Shown here in pieces: positions 28,485 to 38,277 of a DNA stretch of 64,000 nucleotides; the first letter of the stretch is position 1; each line of letters starts with the position of its first letter. Below the pieces are notes generated by a model. That model did not search any database. It saw nothing but the letters and a program-made list of their open reading frames with translations, and was not told the DNA's origin. Made by a program: the position numbers and the translations under genes. Origin of the DNA: a bacterium (lineage in GTDB: Bacteria; Vulcanimicrobiota; JABDET01). The stretch covers positions 392,624-456,623 of the forward strand of contig JAJYZB010000001.1 of NCBI GenBank assembly GCA_021800275.1. The letters are read 5' to 3'.

Positions 28485-30809
28485 TTATCTCATCCGCTTC
28501 AATCCCTGCAAAAGATGGTCTGCTTCTCGCAGATCTTCTTTTCCCTCAAGATCAGGAGAAAATCTAATTTGCTCATAAATTTGAATGATCTTCATCACTC
28601 TTTCTTTCATCTCTTTTTCTTCAATTTTTTCAATTAATTCTAACGGGGTTTCAGAAATTGTTCTCTTATACCCCCTTCTAGCTAGGAACCGCTCCAATTT
28701 CCGATAAAAAACTCGAACTTTTTTTCTGGAAATATCTGAAGGCTTCACAGATGATTTTTTGAATCGTTTCCAGGGGGTGAAATTCTTCCAATGAAACTTC
28801 AACTTTTGAGCGGCAAAAAATAAATACAACAAAATTCCAGCAGCAAAAACAGATCCAGCAAATTCAATCCAATTGTCCACCTGTTCCAGATCCCTCCTGG
28901 AAACTAATGCCTTTACAAGGCTTTTAAAATACTTTAAAACCGTTCCAATTCCAATAAAAACTCCTCGTTTCTGATACGTCGGCATCAGAGAAAATGCAGG
29001 AGAAGAATCAAATGGAATCCATCCAATATCTGGAAAATACACCTCATCCCAGGCATGGGCATCTTTTTCTCTGACCACATATTCCATGGTAAATGGATTA
29101 TAAGATCCTGTCGCATACCCGGTCACCAACCTTGTCGGAATTCCAACACATCGCGCTAAAACAGCAAAAGCTGAGGCGAACTGCTCACAGTATCCTTTCT
29201 TTAAATGAAATAAAAATTGAGACACCGCATCTTCATCTGGCGCTGGAGGAGGAATATCGAGCGTATAAGGAAATTGATGTAAATAATTAAGTATCGCCAT
29301 AATTTTCCCAAACATAGTCCGATGATTTTCAGTAATTTTCTCTGCTAATCTCCTGACTTTATTGGGGAGTTCTTGGGGGAGCTGCAAATAATATTTTTGA
29401 AGATAATAATACCTCAAATAAGTTGATTTTTTAAGTTCTGACATTTGTCTTCCTATTTTCTGAGCCTCTAAACTTCTCTTAGAAGGGATGATAGAGAAAA
29501 GAACCGCTTTTTGTGAAGACTTTATCCGCAAAAACCGCCTGGAAAAATCTATATACATTTTATGCAGATGAACATATCGCAGATCAGGAAGGTATCCAGG
29601 GTTTGCGTTTTTCAAGAGCTGAATCAAGTGAGTTGGCACACGGCTGACCACTGTGTATTCAGTTCCAGGAGAGAGATAAAAAGGCGCAGTCACAGTGTTT
29701 TCAGAGTTTCGATACAGGGTCGAGCTTGGAAAATAAATAGTCGCTGGTTCATAAATAGAAAAAATTAAATTGGGAAGTGAAGCCGTAATATAATAAGTCT
29801 GAATGATTTTTCTTGAATCAGGGTATCCACCCCTTGAATACGCAAGGGTAACTGAATCCGCAAAAAGATTCAGCTGCTCAGCTTTTTGGCGAGTAATGGT
29901 CCATCCATCTCCTGTGTATTTATCAAAAGCCATTCCTCTCCAATAGCCCGGCTCCTGAGATTTAACTTTCATCACGATTTTATTGGAGAGTTTTCCTCTC
30001 AGACTTAAATCTAAATAAGGATTAAATCCAAAATAAGAGTTTGGATTAAATTTGCCATAATCTCTTTTTAATGTAAATAAAGAAGACTGAGATCCTGAGG
30101 CTACCGGATAATCAGGATTAGCTATTTTTCCGTGAAACAAAGAAAAATTTGGCAAATGTATAGAAATTGGAGTAAATTTTAAAGAATAACCTTGAATTCT
30201 TGGGAAAAACAAGAACAAAAACAGACTGACTCCACCCATTAGAATTGAGAAGAAAGCTGTTGAGCGCAGAAAAAGGCTGACAAGCTTTTGAAACTCAAGG
30301 CTTTTAAAATTCAAAACCTGACTGGAAGCATCCAGATAAGTAATAACAAATGACACAATCACAATAAAAATAGCATAAAGGATTAAAAAAAAGCCAAAAC
30401 TCAAGTCAACACTGAAAACGGCAGCTCCTGTCATTAAAACAAATGAAACTAACAGCGAATAAAGTAAATCTTTCCGTGCTGGAGTATCAAAACTGTGGAG
30501 CATTAAAAGCCTGATCAGCAAGTTTGAAAGTGGAACTCGAGGATCGTAAGGTGAAGTGATAATTTGATAAATTCCATGGAATCCTATCCACAACATAATG
30601 ACACCTAAAATTATCCTTAACAAGATAGTCTTTTTATACCGAAAAACCCAACTTATCCATGAGCCTACCAGCACTCCTGAATAAGCTTCAAAGGTTAATC
30701 TTAAAGGCCAGTACTCTTCTCGTAGCAAGGCTGTCAGAGAAACCAGAACCACCAGAACAACGACAATCCTAAGCAGAACTGAATTTTCTGGAGACCTCTT
30801 CATTATCAA
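28485..30809 (-). CDS. Membrane-anchored transglutaminase-like protein (TgpA/DUF3488 type)
   Basis: Multi-TM N-terminus, YWRGMAFD, catalytic GYCEQFA / HAW / FD, C-terminal ETPLE (DUF4129-like). Confidence 0.9.
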   Translation of the reverse strand: MIMKRSPENSVLLRIVVVLVVLVSLTALLREEYWPLRLTFEAYSGVLVGSWISWVFRYKKTILLRIILGVIMLWIGFHGIYQIITSPYDPRVPLSNLLIRLLMLHSFDTPARKDLLYSLLVSFVLMTGAAVFSVDLSFGFFLILYAIFIVIVSFVITYLDASSQVLNFKSLEFQKLVSLFLRSTAFFSILMGGVSLFLFLFFPRIQGYSLKFTPISIHLPNFSLFHGKIANPDYPVASGSQSSLFTLKRDYGKFNPNSYFGFNPYLDLSLRGKLSNKIVMKVKSQEPGYWRGMAFDKYTGDGWTITRQKAEQLNLFADSVTLAYSRGGYPDSRKIIQTYYITASLPNLIFSIYEPATIYFPSSTLYRNSENTVTAPFYLSPGTEYTVVSRVPTHLIQLLKNANPGYLPDLRYVHLHKMYIDFSRRFLRIKSSQKAVLFSIIPSKRSLEAQKIGRQMSELKKSTYLRYYYLQKYYLQLPQELPNKVRRLAEKITENHRTMFGKIMAILNYLHQFPYTLDIPPPAPDEDAVSQFLFHLKKGYCEQFASAFAVLARCVGIPTRLVTGYATGSYNPFTMEYVVREKDAHAWDEVYFPDIGWIPFDSSPAFSLMPTYQKRGVFIGIGTVLKYFKSLVKALVSRRDLEQVDNWIEFAGSVFAAGILLYLFFAAQKLKFHWKNFTPWKRFKKSSVKPSDISRKKVRVFYRKLERFLARRGYKRTISETPLELIEKIEEKEMKERVMKIIQIYEQIRFSPDLEGKEDLREADHLLQGLKRMR

Positions 30810-31915
30810 TCACCAAAAACGGTGTAAACTCCTTTTTCTCCTAACCAGGAAGACAAACGGGTTGAGGCTTCATTTTTCTTTCCTTCTGAAAATACAAAAG
30901 TAATTCTTGCTCCCTCTTCTAAAAGCCAGTTCACAAACTTCCATGACTCAGATAAAAACTCATTTGGAATGCCCGTAAAAAAAAGTAAATCCTTGCATAT
31001 ATGTAAAAAAGAAAGATCTTTTTTCACCTGCTCGCTTAAAGAAAGAGAACTGTCAGGTTGAATCTCCGCCAGGATTTCGAGGTTCCCCTGCAGACTTTTC
31101 AGTTCCGCCGTTCCTTTCTGAAAAATCCGAACCCAGTGCCCTAATTTAAAAATTTCTTGAACTGCATACGATGCGTGTTTCACACTGGTTTCAAAAGATG
31201 ATCCAGCCCACCTTTGGTCTTGATCCAAGTACAGAGTATAAAGAAAAGGATGAACCTTCATCATTTCTCTAATCATCAGCTTTCCTGTTTTCGCTGAAGA
31301 GGACCAGTGAACACTTCTCAAAGAGTCTCCTGGCAAATATTCTCGAATACCTGCAAACTCTTCCCCATCCCCTCTGCCGGAAACAACCCCTTTTTCAGAA
31401 ATCAAAGGAACAGGAGAAGAAGTTTGAGTTGGAAGAGTAAATGACTTTGAAGAAGGATAAATAATAATTCTTCCCTTGCATGCAATTTTTCTTTTAAATT
31501 CAAAAAATCCGCCAGGCCCAATGCTTTTCAACACAAAATCTCTTAAAGAGTAAACTCCTCTCACCCCTGCTTTTGTTTTATAGGTCATTTCCACAACATT
31601 TTTCCTGGGAAGAAAGGGCAGAAAAAGCGATATCCCTAAAACTTTTTCCTCAATAGATAAAAAATATTTATTAACCCTGGAGAAATTTTCTGCCCGAATT
31701 AAAACATCTAAAATTTCCCCTTCAAAAACAGGCTGAGCGTAAACTTCCATGTTGATTCTGCCCAGAAGAGCGATTCTAGGGAAAACCCAGGCCGTAAAAA
31801 GAAAACTCAGCAGCATGAAATCTAAAACAAAGAGCCAGCCAACTTGAATATTTATGGCAATGAACAAAAGAGAAAAAGCCATGATAAAAAGAACCCACTT
31901 TGCGTATTTCGGCAT
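30806..31915 (-). CDS. DUF58 family protein
   Basis: EFAGIREYLPGDSLRSVHWSSSAK; N-terminal transmembrane segments. Confidence 0.9.
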   Translation of the reverse strand: MPKYAKWVLFIMAFSLLFIAINIQVGWLFVLDFMLLSFLFTAWVFPRIALLGRINMEVYAQPVFEGEILDVLIRAENFSRVNKYFLSIEEKVLGISLFLPFLPRKNVVEMTYKTKAGVRGVYSLRDFVLKSIGPGGFFEFKRKIACKGRIIIYPSSKSFTLPTQTSSPVPLISEKGVVSGRGDGEEFAGIREYLPGDSLRSVHWSSSAKTGKLMIREMMKVHPFLYTLYLDQDQRWAGSSFETSVKHASYAVQEIFKLGHWVRIFQKGTAELKSLQGNLEILAEIQPDSSLSLSEQVKKDLSFLHICKDLLFFTGIPNEFLSESWKFVNWLLEEGARITFVFSEGKKNEASTRLSSWLGEKGVYTVFGD

Positions 31916-31916
31916 A

Positions 31917-34121
31917 TCAAACTCCTATTTTTTCAATATGGGTTACTCTTCGAATTTGAACAACTTCCTTAATCTGGGATAGTATTTTTATTAACTGCTG
32001 CAATTTGTGAACGTTTTGAATTTCGAGAATCAATCTGATGTTTGCCTGTTCCTGTTTAGCTGATGCCTGACATGTTTTAGCGACAATATTTTCAGCATAA
32101 ATTTTATCCATTACTTCACCTAATAGACCTGGTTTATCCCAGGCTTCAATAACTATTTCAGACTCGTAAACTCCACCGGTAAATTCAGGATTCCAGGCAG
32201 CTTCTAACACCCTTTCTGGAGCATCTTTCTGCAAAACTTTCATGTTGGGACAGGTTTCCTGATGAACGCTTACTCCTTTTCCAATTGTGACATAGCCCAA
32301 TATTCGATCTCCGGGAAGAGGATTGCAGCATTTTGAGAATCGAACCAGCAAGTTGTCTAAGCCCTTAATCAAAACTGCCTGATTTGAGCCAGAACCCTTC
32401 AATTTTCCCTTGCGCGATGGGACAGGCTTCTCTGCTAAACCCGAATATTCCTTAATTTTTGACGCAAGGGATGGGAGGTTGATTTCCCCGTATCCCAGAG
32501 CTTCTAAGAAATCCTCCACTTTCGTAAAATTAGAGGTCTCTGCCAGCTGCTGCACAAAGCCCTCTTTAGTTTTGCCAGGAAATAAATCTTCCTGTCGAGA
32601 CTTAGTTAGAAACTTCTCTAAAACATCTTTTCCTCGGAGTATATTTTCTTCTCTTTTCTCTTTTTTTAACCAGATCCGAATTTTATGTTTGGCGCTTGAA
32701 GTTTTACAAATTTTGAGCCAATCCCAGTTTGGACCAGGTGAAGTTTTACTGGTGATTATCTCAATGATATCCCCATTCTGCAAATGATAGTCTATAGGGA
32801 CCATTCTTCCATTAACTTTTGCTCCAATGCACTGATTGCCAACACCGGTGTGGATCCTATAAGCGAAATCAATAGGAGTCGAACCTGAAGGTAGATCGAA
32901 CACATCCCCTTTAGGAGTGAAAACGAAAACTTGAGTTTCAAGAAAATCTATTTTAAAAGCTTTTACATACTCTCTAGCGCTCTTAACTTCTTCCTGCCAT
33001 TCCTTCAAATACTTAGTCCAGGGAACCGTCATTTTCTCCACATTTTTATCTTTTTGCACCTGTTTATACTGCCAGTGAGCAGCAACCCCATATTCTGCTA
33101 CTCGATGCATTTCCCACGTTCGAATTTGAATTTCAAGGGGTTCGCCTCCAGGTCCATAAACCGTTGTATGCAAAGACTGATATTGATTGCTTTTGGGCTT
33201 GGCAATATAATCTTTTATTCGATCATGAATGGGAAGCCAGAGTCCATGCACAATTCCTAAAACAGCATAACAGTCCTCCACATTATTCACTAGAACTCTT
33301 ACCGCTGTTAAATCATGAATATCCCCAAAACTTTTCCCTTTTCTGACCATTTTCTGCCAGATGCTGTATAAATGTTTCGGTCTTCCTTCAATATGGGCTT
33401 CAATGCCTGACTGTTCCAACCGCTTGTTTAGAGTTTTAACAACGGTCTGAATGTCTTTTTCCCTTTCCGCTCTTCTCTGAGAAACCTGTTTTATGAGTTC
33501 CTGGTAGTGTTCTGATTCCAGATAACTGAAAGCCAGATCTTCTAATTCAGCTTTTATCTGCCAGATGCCAAGTCTGTGCGCCAGAGGGGTAAAAATTTCC
33601 AGAGTTTCTTTAGCAATGAACCTTTGTCTTTCAGGAGATAAATTACACAATGTCCTTAAATTGTGCAGACGGTCCGCCAGTTTTACCAGAATGACCCGAA
33701 TGTCTTTTGCCATTGCAACAAAAATGCGCCTTAAATTTTCAAAATGTTCTTCTTCTTTAGCAAGTCTGGATTCAGGTTTACTATCTTCTTGTCGAATCGT
33801 AATGGAAGTTAATTTAGTCACTCCATCTACAATCAACGCCACCTCAGAGCCAAACTCTTTTTCAATTTCGCGAATCGGAATATTACAATCTTCTACCACG
33901 TCATGAAGAAGAGCAGCGCAAACAGTAGGAGTATCTAACTCTAAATCTGACACGATTTTTGCCGTTTCAATTGGATGGATAATAAAAGGCTCGCCTGACA
34001 TTCGCTTTTGCCCCTCATGCGCTCTAAACGCATATTCGTAAGCCTTTCGAATAACAAGAGCATCTTCTGATGCATGTTCCTTTTTGATTTCTGATAGAAA
34101 CTCGTCAATTGTAGGAATCAC
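31917..34121 (-). CDS. rel: Bifunctional (p)ppGpp synthetase/hydrolase Rel
   Basis: AHEGQKR, intact LHDVVED, KLADRLHN, RIKDY, YQSLHT, TGS domain, ZFD CC and ACT domain. Confidence 0.96.
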   Translation of the reverse strand: MIPTIDEFLSEIKKEHASEDALVIRKAYEYAFRAHEGQKRMSGEPFIIHPIETAKIVSDLELDTPTVCAALLHDVVEDCNIPIREIEKEFGSEVALIVDGVTKLTSITIRQEDSKPESRLAKEEEHFENLRRIFVAMAKDIRVILVKLADRLHNLRTLCNLSPERQRFIAKETLEIFTPLAHRLGIWQIKAELEDLAFSYLESEHYQELIKQVSQRRAEREKDIQTVVKTLNKRLEQSGIEAHIEGRPKHLYSIWQKMVRKGKSFGDIHDLTAVRVLVNNVEDCYAVLGIVHGLWLPIHDRIKDYIAKPKSNQYQSLHTTVYGPGGEPLEIQIRTWEMHRVAEYGVAAHWQYKQVQKDKNVEKMTVPWTKYLKEWQEEVKSAREYVKAFKIDFLETQVFVFTPKGDVFDLPSGSTPIDFAYRIHTGVGNQCIGAKVNGRMVPIDYHLQNGDIIEIITSKTSPGPNWDWLKICKTSSAKHKIRIWLKKEKREENILRGKDVLEKFLTKSRQEDLFPGKTKEGFVQQLAETSNFTKVEDFLEALGYGEINLPSLASKIKEYSGLAEKPVPSRKGKLKGSGSNQAVLIKGLDNLLVRFSKCCNPLPGDRILGYVTIGKGVSVHQETCPNMKVLQKDAPERVLEAAWNPEFTGGVYESEIVIEAWDKPGLLGEVMDKIYAENIVAKTCQASAKQEQANIRLILEIQNVHKLQQLIKILSQIKEVVQIRRVTHIEKIGV

Positions 34122-34125
34122 GACT

Positions 34126-35805
34126 TTAAAATCCCAGGTTCTGTATCTGCTCTTCTATCTGTTCAGGGGAAAGAGTCTGATAACGGGTTGGGAGAAGGTC
34201 TCGGAAAGAACATTCTTTGACACTGATTAACTCCATAAACTTGACCATTGGATCCCGATTTAAAATAAACTGCCCTATCCCTTTTTCTAGATCTTTCTCT
34301 TCAATAGAAGAGCGGTCTTCATCATCAGCATAGCGAGCTGACTGCAGCAAAATAGCCTCAATTTCAGCCCCAGAATATCCTATCAATTTTTTAGAAAACT
34401 TCTCCAGAAAATCGCCTGATAAAGATATCCCATTTTTATGAATCAAAGCTTTTAACAGGGAAAAAACTTCTTCTTTTGTGTCAGGATAAAAAAATGGAAT
34501 TTTTAAGTCAAATCTTCCTGGCCTTTTGAAGGCTTCATCCAGCAAATCAGGGCGATTACACATTCCGATGAAAATAATTTTTCCTCGATGAGTGGTATCC
34601 CCCATAAAGGATATAAGCATAGCAAAAATCCGATTGGAAGTGCCTGAATCCCCTTCTCCACCTCTTTTCCCAAGAGATTGGTCAATTTCATCCACGATCA
34701 CAATAACAGGAGCTAATGCTTTAATAATATTTAAAATTTTTTCCAAATTGGATTCTGTAGAACCAACCCATTTTTCTCTAAAATTTTTCAGTTTCAAGCA
34801 ATTTAAACCGCATTCTTTAGTAAAAGCTTCTCCTAAAAAAGTTTTTCCTGTTCCTGGAGGCCCATCAAACAAAATTCCCATCGGGACCCAACGAGTTCTC
34901 CCTTGTCTAACTGCTCTGGCAGTCTTCAGTAAAATCTTTTTTATTGCTTCGCATCCTCCCACGATTTCAAATCCATGCTGAGGCTCTACAAACTCGACCA
35001 GATTCGAACATTCATTTTCGATAATCGCTTTTTTGCTTTCCCTTACCAGATCATAAGTGATTTTTCCGCCCAGATAAGCTGCTTGACTAAAAATATCCTC
35101 AAGATGAACTCTATTCAATCCTGCTGTTAGAGCAGCTAAAAGTTCTGGGCTAATTTCCTCCAAACTAAATGAGCCTTTTTTCATTCTCCAGGTAATATAA
35201 TCCAATCTTTCCGCCTCTCCAGGGAAAGGAATTTCCAAAATATTCATTTTACTGGTAACATTCCGAAGGGATGGATGCACATCACTCATATTCTCTGTCA
35301 CCAGGATGACAACGCTGTCCGCATTCAAAAGCTGAGGGCTTGAAGCCCAGCGCCTGAGAGTGACTAAATTATTTCGATCTTCTCCCGACATATAAGAAAC
35401 TTCCCCTGAAGGAACAATGGTTTCCACATAATCAATCACAATTCCACAGGAATGAATCGAAAACACAACCTCAAGCAGCGGAAAAACTTTAGAAGGCTCA
35501 TGTGGAAGAGAATTTTGATAGGGATTTAAGGGGCCCAACGCAATGTTTAAAGCCCTTATGAATTTATCTTTCATGTCCGGCTGAGCAAAAGTCAATCCCT
35601 CTGAGCGATTGTAAAAAATCAAAATATCCTTTTTTCCCAGCAAAAACCCTAAAAACTTCCGAAGGGGAAGATATTCCTGCTGATAGGGAACCAGATCATT
35701 AATATTAGAATGCAGCAGAAACTGACTGGCAATACCTGCCAGATACTGCTCCCTGAGTTTCTGAGCCCAAAAGGGAAGAGTTGGAGACTGCACTGGTAAA
35801 TTCAT
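34126..35805 (-). CDS. Classical-clade AAA+ ATPase with long N-terminal (probably degenerate AAA) domain
   Basis: Walker A GPPGTGKT, pore loop KWVG, Walker B IVIVDEID, SRH NRPDLLDEAFKRPGRFD. Confidence 0.9.
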   Translation of the reverse strand: MNLPVQSPTLPFWAQKLREQYLAGIASQFLLHSNINDLVPYQQEYLPLRKFLGFLLGKKDILIFYNRSEGLTFAQPDMKDKFIRALNIALGPLNPYQNSLPHEPSKVFPLLEVVFSIHSCGIVIDYVETIVPSGEVSYMSGEDRNNLVTLRRWASSPQLLNADSVVILVTENMSDVHPSLRNVTSKMNILEIPFPGEAERLDYITWRMKKGSFSLEEISPELLAALTAGLNRVHLEDIFSQAAYLGGKITYDLVRESKKAIIENECSNLVEFVEPQHGFEIVGGCEAIKKILLKTARAVRQGRTRWVPMGILFDGPPGTGKTFLGEAFTKECGLNCLKLKNFREKWVGSTESNLEKILNIIKALAPVIVIVDEIDQSLGKRGGEGDSGTSNRIFAMLISFMGDTTHRGKIIFIGMCNRPDLLDEAFKRPGRFDLKIPFFYPDTKEEVFSLLKALIHKNGISLSGDFLEKFSKKLIGYSGAEIEAILLQSARYADDEDRSSIEEKDLEKGIGQFILNRDPMVKFMELISVKECSFRDLLPTRYQTLSPEQIEEQIQNLGF

Positions 35806-35959
35806 TCTGAATTGTTTTTCTCATTAAACCTATGATTTACCTCTATTAAGGGTTAGATTAAAGCCAGGATGACAGCAGGCATCTATCCCATCAGGAATTG
35901 ACATTCCTATGAATGTCATCTTCCTGCGAGATGATGATTAAAGAGACGTTCGCGTCTCG

Positions 35960-35992
35960 AAAAAAAAGAAGCCAGGAAATTTTCTGGCTTCT
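35960..35992 (-). terminator. Intrinsic terminator downstream of the tandem-domain protein gene
   Basis: Minus strand AGAAGCCAG-AAAATTTC-CTGGCTTCT followed by a T run. Confidence 0.8.
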
Positions 35993-36015
35993 GACTGCAG
36001 CAAATTAAATTAACT

Positions 36016-36612
36016 TTATCTTAAATGCTTGGCTCTTTCAGTTAAAACCTCAGCCTGTCCTTTGGAAAGTTTTCCTTTTTTTTCAGCCTGCTGAATTCTA
36101 GAGAACAATTCTTGATGAGCTCTGACTGAACTCAGTTTGTGGTTTCTCACTTCCTGCCACAGTTGATGCACCTGCTGATAATACCAGCGGTTAGCGGGGC
36201 TAACGGTGTGAAGCTCTCGATTCATCGGGACTGCTTTCTTCAGCATCGTCATTCCCTTTTTGCGACTCATTGGCACAGCTTTGGTATAACTCTTTTTCAT
36301 CCAGACCCCTTCATGAGGATCTCCAGCTGCCACTGCTCTATGAGTCAGAGCCATTCCCTGAGTCTTAGTAAGCTTACCCTGCATTTCAGCTTTTTTAATG
36401 CCTGAAAGCAGTTCTTGATGCGCCTGTTTCCAGGTCAGTTTATGCATCTTGACTGCAGTAGAGAGATCTCGGACTTCTGTGTAATACCAGCGATTCGCTG
36501 GACTCATCACTTTTGCTGAGCGGCTGAACTTTTTAGGCATAACCACAGCGGCAAACCCAAATGAGTTAAGAACAAAGAAGATAACAAAGAGATATCCTAG
36601 TAGTTTCTTCAT
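36016..36612 (-). CDS. Secreted basic protein with two copies of an ~58-aa helical domain
   Basis: AAGGAGG Shine-Dalgarno, signal peptide, repeated SPANRWYY...HKL....AHQEL...AE..GKL.K.Q...LT.RA. Confidence 0.85.
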   Translation of the reverse strand: MKKLLGYLFVIFFVLNSFGFAAVVMPKKFSRSAKVMSPANRWYYTEVRDLSTAVKMHKLTWKQAHQELLSGIKKAEMQGKLTKTQGMALTHRAVAAGDPHEGVWMKKSYTKAVPMSRKKGMTMLKKAVPMNRELHTVSPANRWYYQQVHQLWQEVRNHKLSSVRAHQELFSRIQQAEKKGKLSKGQAEVLTERAKHLR

Positions 36613-36750
36613 CTTTTCACCTCCTTTCTTATAGAAGCTAAAGCTACCTTTTTATACCCATGAACAATATTTATTAAACAAATCTATTTTTAACTTCTAA
36701 AATTACGCATTATCTCGTTTTTGAAAAATCTAACTTCTTTGCAAAATTCT

Positions 36751-37503
36751 TTATGAATTTAAATTCGACAAGATTCCTCCAGTGCCTCGCGTGATCTCTT
36801 CTGTGGCTTCCACTTCTGCCAGAAGAGTATTCAAGCTTTTTGAAACATCCATGCCAGCTTTTGTTTCAAGAGTTTGATCCAGAACTAACTGCAGCGTATT
36901 CTCAATCTCTGATAGTTTTATCTCCATCTTTTTAGCTAGAGCTTGAATATTCAGCAAATGTTCCTGGCGTTTTTTTAAAATTTCGACATTCTTTTGGATG
37001 CCCTGTTTTTCGTCAATTTGCTCTGTCTTTTTTTCTTCATTTAAAAGGTCTTGAATTTCTTTCTGTACTTTTTGAATTTCGGGGTCAGGAGCATATTCAT
37101 GGTATTGATCCTTTAAGGCTAAAAATTTTAAATAAGACAAAAAAACTTCATTAACCTTTTCGGATGAATCCAAAGAACCGGATTTCTGAATTTGTATCCT
37201 GATTTTATCTAAATTTTGACATCTCATTAAACTATCGGGCTTAAGATTTTTGCTCAGTTCCTGCAGTTTTAAATTATATTTCTGTTCCTTTACCTGGCCT
37301 AACTCCTGCGCAGCCTGCTTCTTTATAAAAGGCAGCCCTGGAGCTATTCCAAGATAAACTGCTTCTGCGCTGAAAGCAAACAAAAGAGGAGCCAGGTGTC
37401 CTACTAATCCTGACAAAAGAACAGCCACTGCTAAACCTCCGTAATTCAGCGGTTCTAGAAAAGCTTTCCCTACAAGACTTAACCAGGAAGGCTTTTCATT
37501 CAT
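36751..37503 (-). CDS. Membrane-anchored coiled-coil hypothetical protein
   Basis: N-terminal hydrophobic hairpin, then long heptad-rich Q/E/K helices; starts 21 nt after the pspA-like stop. Confidence 0.8.
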   Translation of the reverse strand: MNEKPSWLSLVGKAFLEPLNYGGLAVAVLLSGLVGHLAPLLFAFSAEAVYLGIAPGLPFIKKQAAQELGQVKEQKYNLKLQELSKNLKPDSLMRCQNLDKIRIQIQKSGSLDSSEKVNEVFLSYLKFLALKDQYHEYAPDPEIQKVQKEIQDLLNEEKKTEQIDEKQGIQKNVEILKKRQEHLLNIQALAKKMEIKLSEIENTLQLVLDQTLETKAGMDVSKSLNTLLAEVEATEEITRGTGGILSNLNS

Positions 37504-37524
37504 GAGGGAGCGTGAGAAAAAAAA

Positions 37525-38277
37525 CTATGCCCCAGGAGGTTTTTCTTCAATTTTCATTGGCTCCATGGTTTTTTGGGGCTGAGAGCCAGTCTGGTCAATG
37601 GCAGGGGTTGGGGGAAGCAGTCCCATCTGTTTTTTATATTCTAAAAGCTGAGCTTGAACTTCAACATTAGAACTGGACTGTTCAAGAGTAGCAAGCTGTC
37701 CCTGAGCGCTGGAGGTTCCCAAATCTATCATGGCTTCTGCCCGTGAAGACCGTTCTCTGATTTTCTCTTTCATTCTATCCAGAGTGTCTGAATCGCCGGA
37801 CGCTGAAAAACTCTGCATGGTCTGAGCCACTCGTTCCTGCATTTTTGCTCTGCGATTTTCAGCGATTAACTGCATTCTTTCATTCGATTTCTGCTGAAAA
37901 TTCAGCTGCGCCTGCTGAAGCTGCTGTTTCACTAAAGTTGACTGCTGTCGAGCTTTCTCTAATTGGGCTTTCAAGCTGGTCAAATTTGTCTGTTCGGAAT
38001 TTTTTTGAGCAATTAACGAAGCGGCCAGATCATCTCTTCCTGCCTGAACTGCAGTTCTAACCTGATTATCCAGTTCAACCAGCTTGTTTTGCGATGTTTC
38101 TACACCATGTTGAAGTTCTTTTTCATAAGCCACTACACCCACAGCATCATTCTGCATTTTTCCTATTTGCGCCCTCTGATCTTCAATCCACTGATTTAAA
38201 ATCAACTCTGGATCTTCAGCTTTCCCAATAGCCCATCCAAACCAAGAACGGATGACTCGCATCAATCTCTTAAACAT
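37525..38277 (-). CDS. pspA: PspA/IM30 (ESCRT-III superfamily) protein
   Basis: Amphipathic MFKRLMRVIRS, AEDPELILNQ, AVQAGRDDLA, LDRMKEKI...AEA; AGGAGG before ATG 38277. Confidence 0.9.
   Translation of the reverse strand: MFKRLMRVIRSWFGWAIGKAEDPELILNQWIEDQRAQIGKMQNDAVGVVAYEKELQHGVETSQNKLVELDNQVRTAVQAGRDDLAASLIAQKNSEQTNLTSLKAQLEKARQQSTLVKQQLQQAQLNFQQKSNERMQLIAENRRAKMQERVAQTMQSFSASGDSDTLDRMKEKIRERSSRAEAMIDLGTSSAQGQLATLEQSSSNVEVQAQLLEYKKQMGLLPPTPAIDQTGSQPQKTMEPMKIEEKPPGA

Noticed and set aside
34126..35805. Calling this ATPase MoxR, FtsH or true Vps4
   Set aside because: No MoxR-type motifs, no TM segments or HExxH protease domain, and no recognisable MIT domain.
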